A stretch of 64,000 nucleotides of DNA, from positions 65,592 to 129,591 of the forward strand of contig JAADGI010000019.1 of NCBI GenBank assembly GCA_013152415.1, in the 5' to 3' direction. Source of the stretch: Gammaproteobacteria bacterium. GTDB lineage: Bacteria; Pseudomonadota; Gammaproteobacteria; HyVt-429. Position numbers and translations under genes: made by a program. Positions 1 through 9,148 of this stretch are shown one piece after another. The first letter of the stretch is position 1. Each line of letters starts with the position of its first letter. The notes below the pieces were generated by a model. That model saw only the letters and a program-made list of their open reading frames with translations, was not told the origin of the DNA and did not search any database.

Positions 1-158
1 AAATCATCCCGCAACAACTTGACAACGATGGTGCGGTTAACGGCGATATTACGGGCTTGATAGATCACCCCCATACCACCAATGTCGATAAATCGCTCGA
101 GTCGGTACTTCCCATTCAGGACTTCCCCAACCCGCTTTTGGGCTAATTCTTTATCCAT
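1..158 (-). CDS. Hanks-type Ser/Thr protein kinase, N-terminal part (runs off window start)
   Basis: Manual translation of the minus strand from ATG at 158: MDKELAQKRVGEVLNGKYRLERFIDIGGMGVIYQARNIAVNRTIVVKLLRDD, matching kinase subdomains I-II (GGMGxxY ... VVK). Not in the ORF track because truncated. Confidence 0.85.
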   Translation of the reverse strand, partial: MDKELAQKRVGEVLNGKYRLERFIDIGGMGVIYQARNIAVNRTIVVKLLRDD

Positions 159-256
159 AGTTCTTAAACCACAACTGCAAATTTTGCCCATGATACGTTA
201 AGTCACATCACCAAAGGAACAGAGAACTGTACTTAACACTAAGGGAAACGAAAGTG

Positions 257-354
257 AGCTGACATCCCTCATCAGTGGGACGCGGTGAATACGTCCCTGC
301 ACGCTTGATGGCAGCGTCCATGCTGCCAACGCCCGTTGATGGAGGATGTCAGCT
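257..354. repeat. Palindromic, branched intergenic element (long outer stem plus two inner hairpins)
   Basis: AGCTGACATCC..CATCAGTGGG pairs with CCCGTTGATGG.GGATGTCAGCT; inner GGGACG/CGTCCC and TGGCAGCG/TGCTGCCA hairpins. Confidence 0.7.
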
Positions 355-668
355 AAGCAATGACTCAATTAGTGGCAACGGGGATAAAACCTGCATCACC
401 GCAAACCGAACACAATCAGAGAGGTGATTTTGTCACAACGGCCTTAGGTATCGACACACCACACTACAACACCATGCATTCGAGCAGTGACAAAGGACGG
501 GGTCAGCTGTCCAGTAACAAATGAGTAATTGGCTATGGCATCACACTTGATAACAGGCCCAAGCGCATCATGGTCCCCCGCACATTGCCCGCTAAACTTT
601 AGTAGCGTAGCCCTGTAGCACCCGTTTTAGGGTCTGATTAGTGGTTCAATGCCTTTAATAGACTTAAT

Positions 669-681
669 TATCAATAAGTTA
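669..681 (+). promoter_or_regulatory. Putative IHF-binding site
   Basis: TATCAATAAGTTA matches WATCAANNNNTTR in an AT-rich region upstream of the beta-barrel gene. Confidence 0.4.
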
Positions 682-814
682 TGCAGATTACTACAATCAT
701 TTATCAGAAATAGCCTCTATAGTATTGAGTTTGAAGTTAAATACTGCTAATTTTAATGTAGTTTCTCACTGTAAATTGTTCAGGACAGGGTCCACAGGGC
801 TTGAGGAGTACACC

Positions 815-1414
815 ATGAACACTAACAAGCGATGCAAGGGCCTGCTCCTTGCCACCCTCTTTGTATACGGTTTGGCCACCAGCCTACCCACCCTGGCAGA
901 AAGCCCAACCTGGTTTGGCAAAAAGGCTACGGGGACATGGATGGCGGGCATCAAGGCCGGCAACATGATCAACGAAGGTACAGACTTCTCCGATTCTTCC
1001 AATGTCGGCTTGTTGGTGGGGTACACTTTTGCCAAACCCATCGGTGACGCTGGCGGCAGCACCTCGGTGGAATTCGAAATGACCACCAGTGCCGACAGAG
1101 GCACCTTTGGTAATAATAGCGCCCTGGCCACCACCGGCAAGTGGGATGTCGAAAGCAAGGCCCTCTACGTTGCCTATCGCAGCGCCGGTACGGTCTATTT
1201 TAAAGGCAAACTGGGGGGCGTCATCGCCGACATCACCACGGAACGGGATAGTGGCGCAACCAGCAACGATACCGTAGAAGATGCCAAGGTCTCTCTGGGT
1301 GCCGGACTGGGTATGCGCATTAGCGAAAAGGCCAATATTGAGTTGGAGTGGGCCAGCGGTATAGGTGAAAACGACATCAACTATGTAAGCCTGGGTGCAG
1401 TATTTAATTTTTAA
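815..1414 (+). CDS. Outer-membrane beta-barrel protein (OmpA/OMP_b-brl-like porin family)
   Basis: GAGGAG RBS before ATG 815; signal peptide; alternating beta-strand pattern; C-terminal aromatic residue (VSLGAVFNF). Confidence 0.75.
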   Translation: MNTNKRCKGLLLATLFVYGLATSLPTLAESPTWFGKKATGTWMAGIKAGNMINEGTDFSDSSNVGLLVGYTFAKPIGDAGGSTSVEFEMTTSADRGTFGNNSALATTGKWDVESKALYVAYRSAGTVYFKGKLGGVIADITTERDSGATSNDTVEDAKVSLGAGLGMRISEKANIELEWASGIGENDINYVSLGAVFNF

Positions 1415-1442
1415 AAGATAACGCAGCCAAAGGCCACTGCGC

Positions 1443-2564
1443 TCACTCCACTAGTGCCTTCGCCTTAGACCCTTGCGCAGATTCCAGGTGCAGGGTCTGG
1501 GTGGGGAAGGCAAATTCCAGCCCTATGGCCTCGACCAGTTTCATAATCTTGAGATTGATTTGCTCTCGAGCCTGTAGATGGGCCTGCCAAGCGGTGTCTT
1601 TGGTAAAATAGTAAACCAACACATCCAGTGAATAGGCAGAAAAATCGGTGAACTTCACCATTATAAAATCTTGATCCACCTTTGGGTCCGTGGTCAAGAG
1701 CTCCTGAATACCGGCCACCAGTTTTTCCATTTTCTCCGCGCTGGCGCTATAGGTCATCCCAATCACCTGCTTGACCCGACGCTTGGGCATCCGCGACCAA
1801 TTCTTGATGACCTTGGCAGCCAATTCCTTGTTGGGGATGCTGATCAAGGACTTATCCCACGCTCGAACCTTAGTCGAGCGAAACCCAATCTCTTCCACAT
1901 CACCATCGATAAATTCATCCAACTGAATCCAATCGCCCACCTTAAAGGGACGGTCAGTAAGCAACATCAATGAACCAAAAAAGTTGGCGAGGGTCTCCTG
2001 GGCGGCAAAGGCAACCGCCAAACCACCAATACCCAAGCCCGCAAGTAGACTGGTAATGCTATAGCCCAGATTCTGTACCACAATGAGGGTGCCGATAATC
2101 CAGGTGGTGATGCTCAACAACTGGCGGATCACCACCTGAAATTGACCACGCAGGGCCGGGTCTGCCCGTGATACCAGGCTATCCAGTATCTCTGCCACCA
2201 CTGCAGACAAACGGTGGACAGCGTAAATCAGCAGCACTGCTGCCGCCACCAACAGGGCATTATCCACCAAGCCGGCCGTATCCACCGGGCTTGTGGGCAA
2301 GGGTAATAATTGCACCGCAAGATAAACACCCAACACCAGGAATAGACCACTGATACTCGGGGTAACGGCATCAATTAATTTTTCATCGTAACGAAATCGT
2401 GTGCGCTTGGCGATGCGGTGAAGCCGTCCAATAATGCTACGCGTCACCAGGCGGCGCAGAATCAGCACCAACATGACAACAAAGAATGCCGCCGCACCCC
2501 GCCATAAGGTGCTGTCATTGACCCAAGCAGGCCACCATTCATTGAGTCGATCAAGAATTTCCAT
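1443..2564 (-). CDS. Small-conductance mechanosensitive channel (MscS family, YnaI-like)
   Basis: LLAGLGIGGLAVAFAAQETLANFFGS, DRPFKVGDWI, GDVEEIGFRST and FAFPTQTL motifs. Confidence 0.92.
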   Translation of the reverse strand: MEILDRLNEWWPAWVNDSTLWRGAAAFFVVMLVLILRRLVTRSIIGRLHRIAKRTRFRYDEKLIDAVTPSISGLFLVLGVYLAVQLLPLPTSPVDTAGLVDNALLVAAAVLLIYAVHRLSAVVAEILDSLVSRADPALRGQFQVVIRQLLSITTWIIGTLIVVQNLGYSITSLLAGLGIGGLAVAFAAQETLANFFGSLMLLTDRPFKVGDWIQLDEFIDGDVEEIGFRSTKVRAWDKSLISIPNKELAAKVIKNWSRMPKRRVKQVIGMTYSASAEKMEKLVAGIQELLTTDPKVDQDFIMVKFTDFSAYSLDVLVYYFTKDTAWQAHLQAREQINLKIMKLVEAIGLEFAFPTQTLHLESAQGSKAKALVE

Positions 2565-2743
2565 GGGTTTATTTTGGATAGAAGTTAGTTTGTACTTATG
2601 AAATTATTATACCATAGCAGCTATATTGCGTAGCTGAACCTGGGTGTTTGCTTGGCTCCGGTTTTTGGCAACTCAAGGAACCCTGGGTCAGGCTGTTTTG
2701 TCCGACTTGGCAGTGACCCAATAATAACGATGGAGGATGTATC

Positions 2744-3313
2744 ATGGTGGGCAAAAAGAATATCGTGTTTGGCTTTATCTACCTAGTCTTTACTGCCGCA
2801 TTGGGCCCGGTGATGATTTTAAACTATGTCGGCGATGTCAATAGCAGCCGTAGCGCCAAACAAATCCAGATCGGTGACCTGCAAAATGCCGTGGATGCAG
2901 GATTTGAGTTGGATCTGGACCCCATGAGTGCAGACACGATCGCCAAACAAAATAGTCTTGCCCTACTCTCCCTCTCCGCCTATCTCAATAGCCAGGAGCC
3001 CATCAATGCGATTAAAGGGGGGCCCCATAGCCATGGCAACCTGGAGGCCATGCTGAACATCGTAGTAGGTCTCATGTTATGCCTTGTGGCCGTGACCCCG
3101 CTACTCAAACAGATTATCAGCTGGCTATTTATCATCGGCACCCTCGGTCACTCGGGGCTGCTCTACCTGGCCGTTGGCCTGGAACAGGCCTGGGCCGGTT
3201 CGTTGCTCATCGGCCCTGTGGGCTATGTGGGGCCCAGTCTTATCCTGATAGGGCTGTTATTGGCCGGAGTCGCGGCGGCCATAGGCTTTCGTGGTACCCC
3301 CGTCGAGGACTAA
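2744..3313 (+). CDS. Hypothetical integral membrane protein with HSHGNLE and HSG His motifs
   Basis: GGAGG RBS; about four hydrophobic segments; no family recognised with certainty. Confidence 0.75.
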   Translation: MVGKKNIVFGFIYLVFTAALGPVMILNYVGDVNSSRSAKQIQIGDLQNAVDAGFELDLDPMSADTIAKQNSLALLSLSAYLNSQEPINAIKGGPHSHGNLEAMLNIVVGLMLCLVAVTPLLKQIISWLFIIGTLGHSGLLYLAVGLEQAWAGSLLIGPVGYVGPSLILIGLLLAGVAAAIGFRGTPVED

Positions 3314-3322
3314 CAACTGTAA

Positions 3323-4594
3323 TCAATCCACCACAACGGCCCGCCACAGGGGTGCTATGACGATATTCAAGGCCTGGTGGGCACTGCGCAGGGCCGCTTC
3401 CACTTCCACCGGACCCGGACCACTGGCAAATATGAACCCAAGATAACTGCCACCCTCAGGCAGAGGCACCAGTTCGTATCCGTCACGTTGCTGGATCACC
3501 ACTTCATCAATATAGGCTATGGCCTGAGCATCACCGATGCCCTCCACCCGCCGCAATATGCCCGCAGCGGGTATAGGGATCATCAATACACCCGCGCCTC
3601 CCTGGGTCTGAACATCGTCTTTGCGTCTTCCCAGTGCATGCTGCAAGACCAATTCTTCCAGGGATTTTCCCGTCCCCCATTTGAGTAGCCGTGCGCACAG
3701 CCCACCCAGGGTCCTGGCAGCAACTTCCACGATCCACACACCCTGATCATTCATCCGACATTCCGCATGGATGGGACCCTGGCGCAGACCGTAAGCGGCA
3801 CAGGCCTGACTGACGGCCTCCACCACGGCCTGGAGCTGTACCGAGCCCAATCGTGATGGGGTGATATAGTAGCTTTCTTCAAAATAGGGACCCTCCAAAG
3901 GATCCGGCTTATCAAATACCGCCAGGGTCTGGAGATCCCCATCCCACAACATCCCCTCAAAGGCAATCTCTTCACCGGGGATATAGGCCTCCACTAATAT
4001 CCGATCTCGTTGAACCGTATCGCTCTCGGTCTGTAACAGTGCCTGTACTCGACTGATGGCCGGGCACAATGCCTCAGGCTCATCGACACGCATAACACCA
4101 CGACTGGCAGACAGGTCTACCGGTTTAATCACACAGGGATAGGTGACGTCGGCCACCTGATTGGACAGTGGCTGCTTGAGATCGATGATCCAGAACCGGG
4201 GAATCCTGAGCCCGGCCTGCTGTAGCCGCTGCCGAGCCAGGTCCTTGCGCCGGGCGACGTGAACCCCATCAATGGGATTATGGGGCAAACCCAGGTGCGC
4301 ACAGGCCATGGCTGCCAACTCGGTAGTGCTGTCATCGGTGCCGATGACAGCCACAAAGGGACCACGCCGCCGGGCATCATCCTGGATAAGGCCCAATGCC
4401 GCATCCCTATCCTGCGGGGGTAGCCCAAGCCCCTGGGCAAAGTCAGAAACGATAGAGTGTTCGCCCCAGGAGGCAATGAGTGGCTGTAGACCCAGTGCGT
4501 AAGCGGCCGCCACAAACGGGGCAGCACGATAACTGCCGTGGGGGCTAATAAACAAAACCCGGTGTGCCACCGGGTTTTGTCTTGCCAGAACCAT
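3323..4594 (-). CDS. ATP-grasp domain protein (carboxylate-amine ligase-like)
   Basis: RKDLARQRL, YPCVIKPVDLSASRGV, VEAYIPGEE, GPIHAECR and IVEVAAR motifs. Confidence 0.85.
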   Translation of the reverse strand: MVLARQNPVAHRVLFISPHGSYRAAPFVAAAYALGLQPLIASWGEHSIVSDFAQGLGLPPQDRDAALGLIQDDARRRGPFVAVIGTDDSTTELAAMACAHLGLPHNPIDGVHVARRKDLARQRLQQAGLRIPRFWIIDLKQPLSNQVADVTYPCVIKPVDLSASRGVMRVDEPEALCPAISRVQALLQTESDTVQRDRILVEAYIPGEEIAFEGMLWDGDLQTLAVFDKPDPLEGPYFEESYYITPSRLGSVQLQAVVEAVSQACAAYGLRQGPIHAECRMNDQGVWIVEVAARTLGGLCARLLKWGTGKSLEELVLQHALGRRKDDVQTQGGAGVLMIPIPAAGILRRVEGIGDAQAIAYIDEVVIQQRDGYELVPLPEGGSYLGFIFASGPGPVEVEAALRSAHQALNIVIAPLWRAVVVD

Positions 4595-4622
4595 GAACTA
4601 CGACCCTGGGCCGCAGGATCCT

Positions 4623-5021
4623 TTAGATACCACAACCGCCGCCACCACTGGCTCCCCCACAACCGCCACAGGCACCGGAACCGCCCACGGCCTGGAAGAC
4701 ATTATTAAACACAAAACTTTGATTGGCACCTTCAGACTTAAAATCCACCTCACAACCGTGCAAATAATTGAGCGCTACGGGGTCCACCAGTATCTTTACA
4801 CCGTCACCCTCCAAGACACTGTCATACTGAGTCTGGCTGTCGGTAAAGGTCATACCGTAGCTCATCCCGCCACAACCACCACCGGACACAAAGATACGCA
4901 CCGAATCGATATCTTCATCTGCACCGGCCAGCAGTTCGACCATTTTCAGGCGCGCCGGCTCGGTCAAGCTGATCTGTGAGCTATCGATCTGTTTTTTATA
5001 CTCTACGGTCGCATTGGGCAT
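4623..5021 (-). CDS. A-type Fe-S cluster carrier (IscA/ErpA/HesB family), atypical C-terminus
   Basis: ISLTEPA, VRIFVSGGGCGGMSYGMTF and ILVDPVALNYLHGCEVDF; C-terminal CGGC..C instead of CGC. Confidence 0.85.
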   Translation of the reverse strand: MPNATVEYKKQIDSSQISLTEPARLKMVELLAGADEDIDSVRIFVSGGGCGGMSYGMTFTDSQTQYDSVLEGDGVKILVDPVALNYLHGCEVDFKSEGANQSFVFNNVFQAVGGSGACGGCGGASGGGGCGI

Positions 5022-5191
5022 AGTTGATTCTCTTGGTGGTTTCATTGCTGATATAATATGTACTATACTTGACCGATTTGGTCAATATTAGTTCATCCAT
5101 TTTGAATCCTGGGTGTGTGGTGTATCGGGCTGGCCAGTTTGACTTGGCACCGGATCGAGGCCATTCAAGCCCATTTATTTGGAAAGTACCT

Positions 5192-5476
5192 ATGTCCCGT
5201 CTTGTCTATTGTCAGGTTCTGAAAACCGAGGCCGAAGGCCTGGATGCCCCTCCCCATCCCGGTACCCTGGGGGAGCGTATCTATGCGGATGTCTCCAAGG
5301 AAGGCTGGAATAAGTGGCTGGAGCGTCTCACCTCTATTATCAACGAAAACGGTCTCAACACCGCAGATGAGAAAACCATTGAGGTGATCGAGCAACACAT
5401 GTTGGGTTTTTTGTTTGGTGAAGGCGACCTGGGTTCTCTGCCCGCAGGGTTTGCAGCACCGGGGGCAAAAAAGTAA
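5192..5476 (+). CDS. YggX-family Fe(II)-trafficking / oxidative damage protection protein (divergent)
   Basis: MSRLVYC..LKTEAEGLD.PP.PG.LGERIY..VSKEGW..W....T.IINE..L...M.GFLF pattern with the conserved Cys7. Confidence 0.85.
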   Translation: MSRLVYCQVLKTEAEGLDAPPHPGTLGERIYADVSKEGWNKWLERLTSIINENGLNTADEKTIEVIEQHMLGFLFGEGDLGSLPAGFAAPGAKK

Positions 5477-5494
5477 GACCCACCCGCTACGGTA

Positions 5495-5875
5495 TTAAGG
5501 CTTTTCAAGCGTCACAAATGCGATCGCATGATCACGTTCGTCCGAAATACTGAGATGGCTTGCCACTATATCTTGTGCCCGAATAAAGGCTAAGGCCTTG
5601 GCTTCAAACCGAAGCCGGGGCTGACCCCTTTTATTGTTGATTACACTAATCTGTTGCATACCGATACCGTCACTGAATCCGGTACCCATAGCCTTGGCTG
5701 CCGCCTCTTTCGCAGCAAATCGCTTTGCGAGAAAATAGGGCTTCCTTTTATTGGACTGATATTCCTTAAACTCTTCCTGGTTGAGTATACGACGTGCGAA
5801 GCGATCCCCAAATCGATCCAGATTAGACTGTATCCGGGCCACGCACACCAAATCAGTCCCTATTCCAAAGATCAT
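5495..5875 (-). CDS. acpS: Holo-ACP synthase
   Basis: [33 protein letters not shown]; follows pdxJ. Confidence 0.96.
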   Translation of the reverse strand: MIFGIGTDLVCVARIQSNLDRFGDRFARRILNQEEFKEYQSNKRKPYFLAKRFAAKEAAAKAMGTGFSDGIGMQQISVINNKRGQPRLRFEAKALAFIRAQDIVASHLSISDERDHAIAFVTLEKP

Positions 5876-6618
5876 AGCGATCGTGCCTCGATCATCAGTT
5901 GTTTTATCTCTGCGACCGCTGCTCCAAGCCCGATAAAAATGGCACGGGCAACAATGGCATGACCAATATTGAGTTCGATGATTTCAGGAAATGCGGCCAC
6001 AGGCTTGATGTTGTCATAATGCAGCCCATGGCCTGCATTGACCTGCATCCCTAAATCTCGGCCAAGCTGCACCGCTGTCTGGATTCGGTTCAACTCCGTA
6101 TCCACTGTCTGCTTGGTCGTAGCGCTGGCATAACACCCGGTATGTATCTCTATAACAGGCGCACCACAGTCCGCGCTTGCCTGTATCTGCTCAGGTTCCG
6201 GATCAACAAATAGAGATACTCGAATACCTTTTTCACCCAGGCGTGCACATGCCTCGCCGATACGTCCCGACTGACCCACCACATCCAAGCCCCCCTCGGT
6301 GGTCAGTTCCTGTCGTCGCTCTGGCACCAGACAGCAGTCTTGCGGTTGAATACCACATGCGATCCCTATCATTTCTTCAGTGACCGCCATCTCCAGATTC
6401 ATTTTGGTGGTGAGAACTTGGTGCAATCTCGCTACATCTTTATCCTGAATGTGGCGCCGGTCTTCACGCAAATGGACCGTTATACCATCGGCACCGTTGC
6501 TCTCGGCCTGGCGAGCAGCCTCAACAATATCCGGGTAAGGCGTTAAACGTGATTGGCGCAGGGAGGCCACGTGGTCAATATTGACCCCCAGCAAGATTAC
6601 TTCTTCAGTCAATGTCAC
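5872..6618 (-). CDS. pdxJ: Pyridoxine 5'-phosphate synthase
   Basis: [38 protein letters not shown]. Confidence 0.97.
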   Translation of the reverse strand: MTLTEEVILLGVNIDHVASLRQSRLTPYPDIVEAARQAESNGADGITVHLREDRRHIQDKDVARLHQVLTTKMNLEMAVTEEMIGIACGIQPQDCCLVPERRQELTTEGGLDVVGQSGRIGEACARLGEKGIRVSLFVDPEPEQIQASADCGAPVIEIHTGCYASATTKQTVDTELNRIQTAVQLGRDLGMQVNAGHGLHYDNIKPVAAFPEIIELNIGHAIVARAIFIGLGAAVAEIKQLMIEARSL

Positions 6619-6647
6619 TTCTCACTCATTATACGATAAATATTTAC

Positions 6648-6816
6648 GCCGCTAAGGCGCTAAGGCGCAAAGAAAAGCAATACAATGTGTTCACTACTAT
6701 AGTGCACATGCTAACTCAAAGGCCGAGAGGCAAGACTGCGATTTATGCGCCCAACCTACTCACAAAAATTAGTGAATATCACTCCATTTCCCTCTGCGTC
6801 TTCGCGCCTTTGCGGC
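6648..6816. repeat. CGCnAAG-unit inverted-repeat element, copy 1 (recO-pdxJ)
   Basis: Left arm GCCGCTAAGGCGCTAAGGCGCAAAG (6648-6672) versus reverse complement of 6792-6816 GCCGCAAAGGCGCGAAGACGCAGAG, 21/25 identical. Confidence 0.8.
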
Positions 6817-6824
6817 AAAAATTA

Positions 6825-7553
6825 CTAAGCAATCGTCTTGTTTCTAAACACGGTAATCTGTTGATATAGGCGGCGACTGTGCAAGGGCTTCCCATTCAGG
6901 TAGATGGCAAGAATCGCACGCATCAATTGTTTGGCCTCACGGAGCGATTCATCGCCTTGCAAGGATTCGGCCGCCAAAGCCTGTAGTGTAGCACCATGGA
7001 GCAGTATACCCTGGGATTCCTGCCCATTGACGGGCATCGGACCACGATCGGGAATATACCGGTACAGTGTGCCCGCGTCTAACTCCCCGTCCCCACTACC
7101 GGTCTTATCAAGCAACAGGGCATAACCCAATTCAGCAAGCAGGTGTTTCTCAAAAATACGGAGGATAGGCTCCCATCCTGAGTCTGCCAGTAAGCCCTCA
7201 AGAGACAGGCAATATTCATCAAAAAGTTTTTGATGAGCATCATGACGATGTAATAATCGCAACACAAGCTCATTGAGATAAAATGCGAAAAAGAAACGAT
7301 CCCCTATTAAGGCCAGACTTGAAGAAACAGCCTCCGCACCTGTTAGTACGCCTAGCTCTCCCTTGCCCGACCAACCAATCCGAAGTGGCTGGAAGGGTGC
7401 GAGCAGACCTCGAAATTGTGATTTGGGTCGTTTGGCCCCTTTGGCAATAAGTCCCAAGCGGCCATATTCGCGGGTAAACACCTCTAACAACAGACTGGTC
7501 TCACGATAATCTCTCGCTTGCAACACAAATGCAGGTTGCTGCTCAACCCGCAC
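6825..7553 (-). CDS. recO: DNA repair protein RecO
   Basis: QPAFVLQARDYRETSLLLEVFTREYGR, YLNELVLRLL, KPLHSR; GTG start just after the era stop. Confidence 0.95.
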   Translation of the reverse strand: MRVEQQPAFVLQARDYRETSLLLEVFTREYGRLGLIAKGAKRPKSQFRGLLAPFQPLRIGWSGKGELGVLTGAEAVSSSLALIGDRFFFAFYLNELVLRLLHRHDAHQKLFDEYCLSLEGLLADSGWEPILRIFEKHLLAELGYALLLDKTGSGDGELDAGTLYRYIPDRGPMPVNGQESQGILLHGATLQALAAESLQGDESLREAKQLMRAILAIYLNGKPLHSRRLYQQITVFRNKTIA

Positions 7554-7554
7554 C

Positions 7555-8454
7555 CTATAAATCCTCGATGTATCCCAATAACCGCAAGGCCTGAGCACTA
7601 TCAGTCCAGTCCTGCTTTAATTTTACCCACAACTCAAGGTAAACCTTGGAATTAAAATAGGCCTCAAGTGATTTTCTGGCCTGGCTACCCACTTGTTTGA
7701 GACGCTCACCTTGTTTACCAATAACAATGCCCTTCTGCCCAGGGCGTTCCACCAGTATCACAGCTCCAATGCGTAATATTTTTTTGTCTCTCTCGAGGGA
7801 ATCGATTTGCACGGCAATGGAATAAGGTAACTCTTGCCCTAATTGGTTGAATAATTGCTCGCGAATAAATTCGGCTGCCATAAAGCGTTCGCTACGATCG
7901 GTCAATTGATCAGAGGGAAACCCGGCTGGCGAGGCAGGCATCAAAGAAATGATCTGCTCTTCCAAAATATCCATGTTGGTGCCCCGTGTCGCCGATACCG
8001 GGATAATATTGCTAAACTCTGCCATCGCGCTGGATTCTTCTATCAGGGGCAATAAATCAGGCTTTCTGGCCAAGCGATCAATTTTATTGATGATCAGGAT
8101 CGACGGACAAGTGTGGCCCTTAACCCATTTTAAGGGTACCTCATCGGCGGGTGTCCACCCCTTGGCACTAATGACCAGGGCGATCAGATCAACACCTTCT
8201 ATGCTGGATTGTGCGGTTCGATTCAGCACCGCATTGATTTCCCTTTTGCGTGCGGCATGAACACCAGGGGTATCAACAAAAATCAACTGGTTATCGGCAT
8301 TATTTTTAATGCCCAGTATACGATGACGGGTGGTTTGTGGGCGCCTACTGGTAATACTCAACTTGCGTCCCAGCAAGGCATTGATCAGCGTCGATTTACC
8401 CACGTTGGGACGTCCCAAGAGGGTCACAAAACCACAACGAAAACCCTCAGTCAT
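7555..8454 (-). CDS. era: GTPase Era
   Basis: GRPNVGKSTL, DTPG, NKID and KH domain (GIVIGKQG). Confidence 0.97.
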   Translation of the reverse strand: MTEGFRCGFVTLLGRPNVGKSTLINALLGRKLSITSRRPQTTRHRILGIKNNADNQLIFVDTPGVHAARKREINAVLNRTAQSSIEGVDLIALVISAKGWTPADEVPLKWVKGHTCPSILIINKIDRLARKPDLLPLIEESSAMAEFSNIIPVSATRGTNMDILEEQIISLMPASPAGFPSDQLTDRSERFMAAEFIREQLFNQLGQELPYSIAVQIDSLERDKKILRIGAVILVERPGQKGIVIGKQGERLKQVGSQARKSLEAYFNSKVYLELWVKLKQDWTDSAQALRLLGYIEDL

Positions 8455-9148
8455 CGCAATTTTCTAGCAACGCATAGGCCTGGGCAGCGGCTTGTTGTTC
8501 GGCATATCGGCGACTGCTGCCTTCTCCACGCACCGGTTCTGGCAAGCACTCCACTTGGCAGTGAACAATAAAATGTTGGTGGTGGGCCTCACCCTGCACA
8601 GCCAACACACTGTAATGGGGCACCGCTATGGAACGCTTTTGGAGCCATTCTTGCAGCCTTGTTTTCGGGTCTTTGAGCAACTCATCGGGATTGACGGACG
8701 CTAAAATTGGAGAAAACTGGCGCTCAATAAACCGCCTTGCAGGCTCAATACCCGCATCTTTGTATATCGCGCCTATTAGAGACTCGAACACATCTGCCAA
8801 TATAGAGTCACGGTTGAAGCCGCCACTTTTTAGCTCTCCAGGGCCCAAAAGAATCTGTGGCCCCAAATCCAGATCTCTGGCAATACGGGCCAGGGATTCT
8901 TTACATACCAAACTTGCCCTTATACGTGTTAAGTCACCCTCGCGGGTAAGCGGGAATCGATCAAATAGCGACTCCGCAATAACCATTCCCAATACACTGT
9001 CGCCCAAATACTCCAGCCGCTCGTAATTATCTGCACCTTTGCTGCGGTGGGTTAATGCCTGGCGCAGCAAATCACCATCACTAAATTGATGATTAAGTAC
9101 TCTGGCAGACCAGGATTCCTGCTTATCTATACCTACTGACCTCGACAC
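8447..9148 (-). CDS. rnc: Ribonuclease III
   Basis: ALTHRS, NYERLEYLGDSVL and dsRBD KDPKTRLQE. Confidence 0.97.
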   Translation of the reverse strand: MSRSVGIDKQESWSARVLNHQFSDGDLLRQALTHRSKGADNYERLEYLGDSVLGMVIAESLFDRFPLTREGDLTRIRASLVCKESLARIARDLDLGPQILLGPGELKSGGFNRDSILADVFESLIGAIYKDAGIEPARRFIERQFSPILASVNPDELLKDPKTRLQEWLQKRSIAVPHYSVLAVQGEAHHQHFIVHCQVECLPEPVRGEGSSRRYAEQQAAAQAYALLENCDD

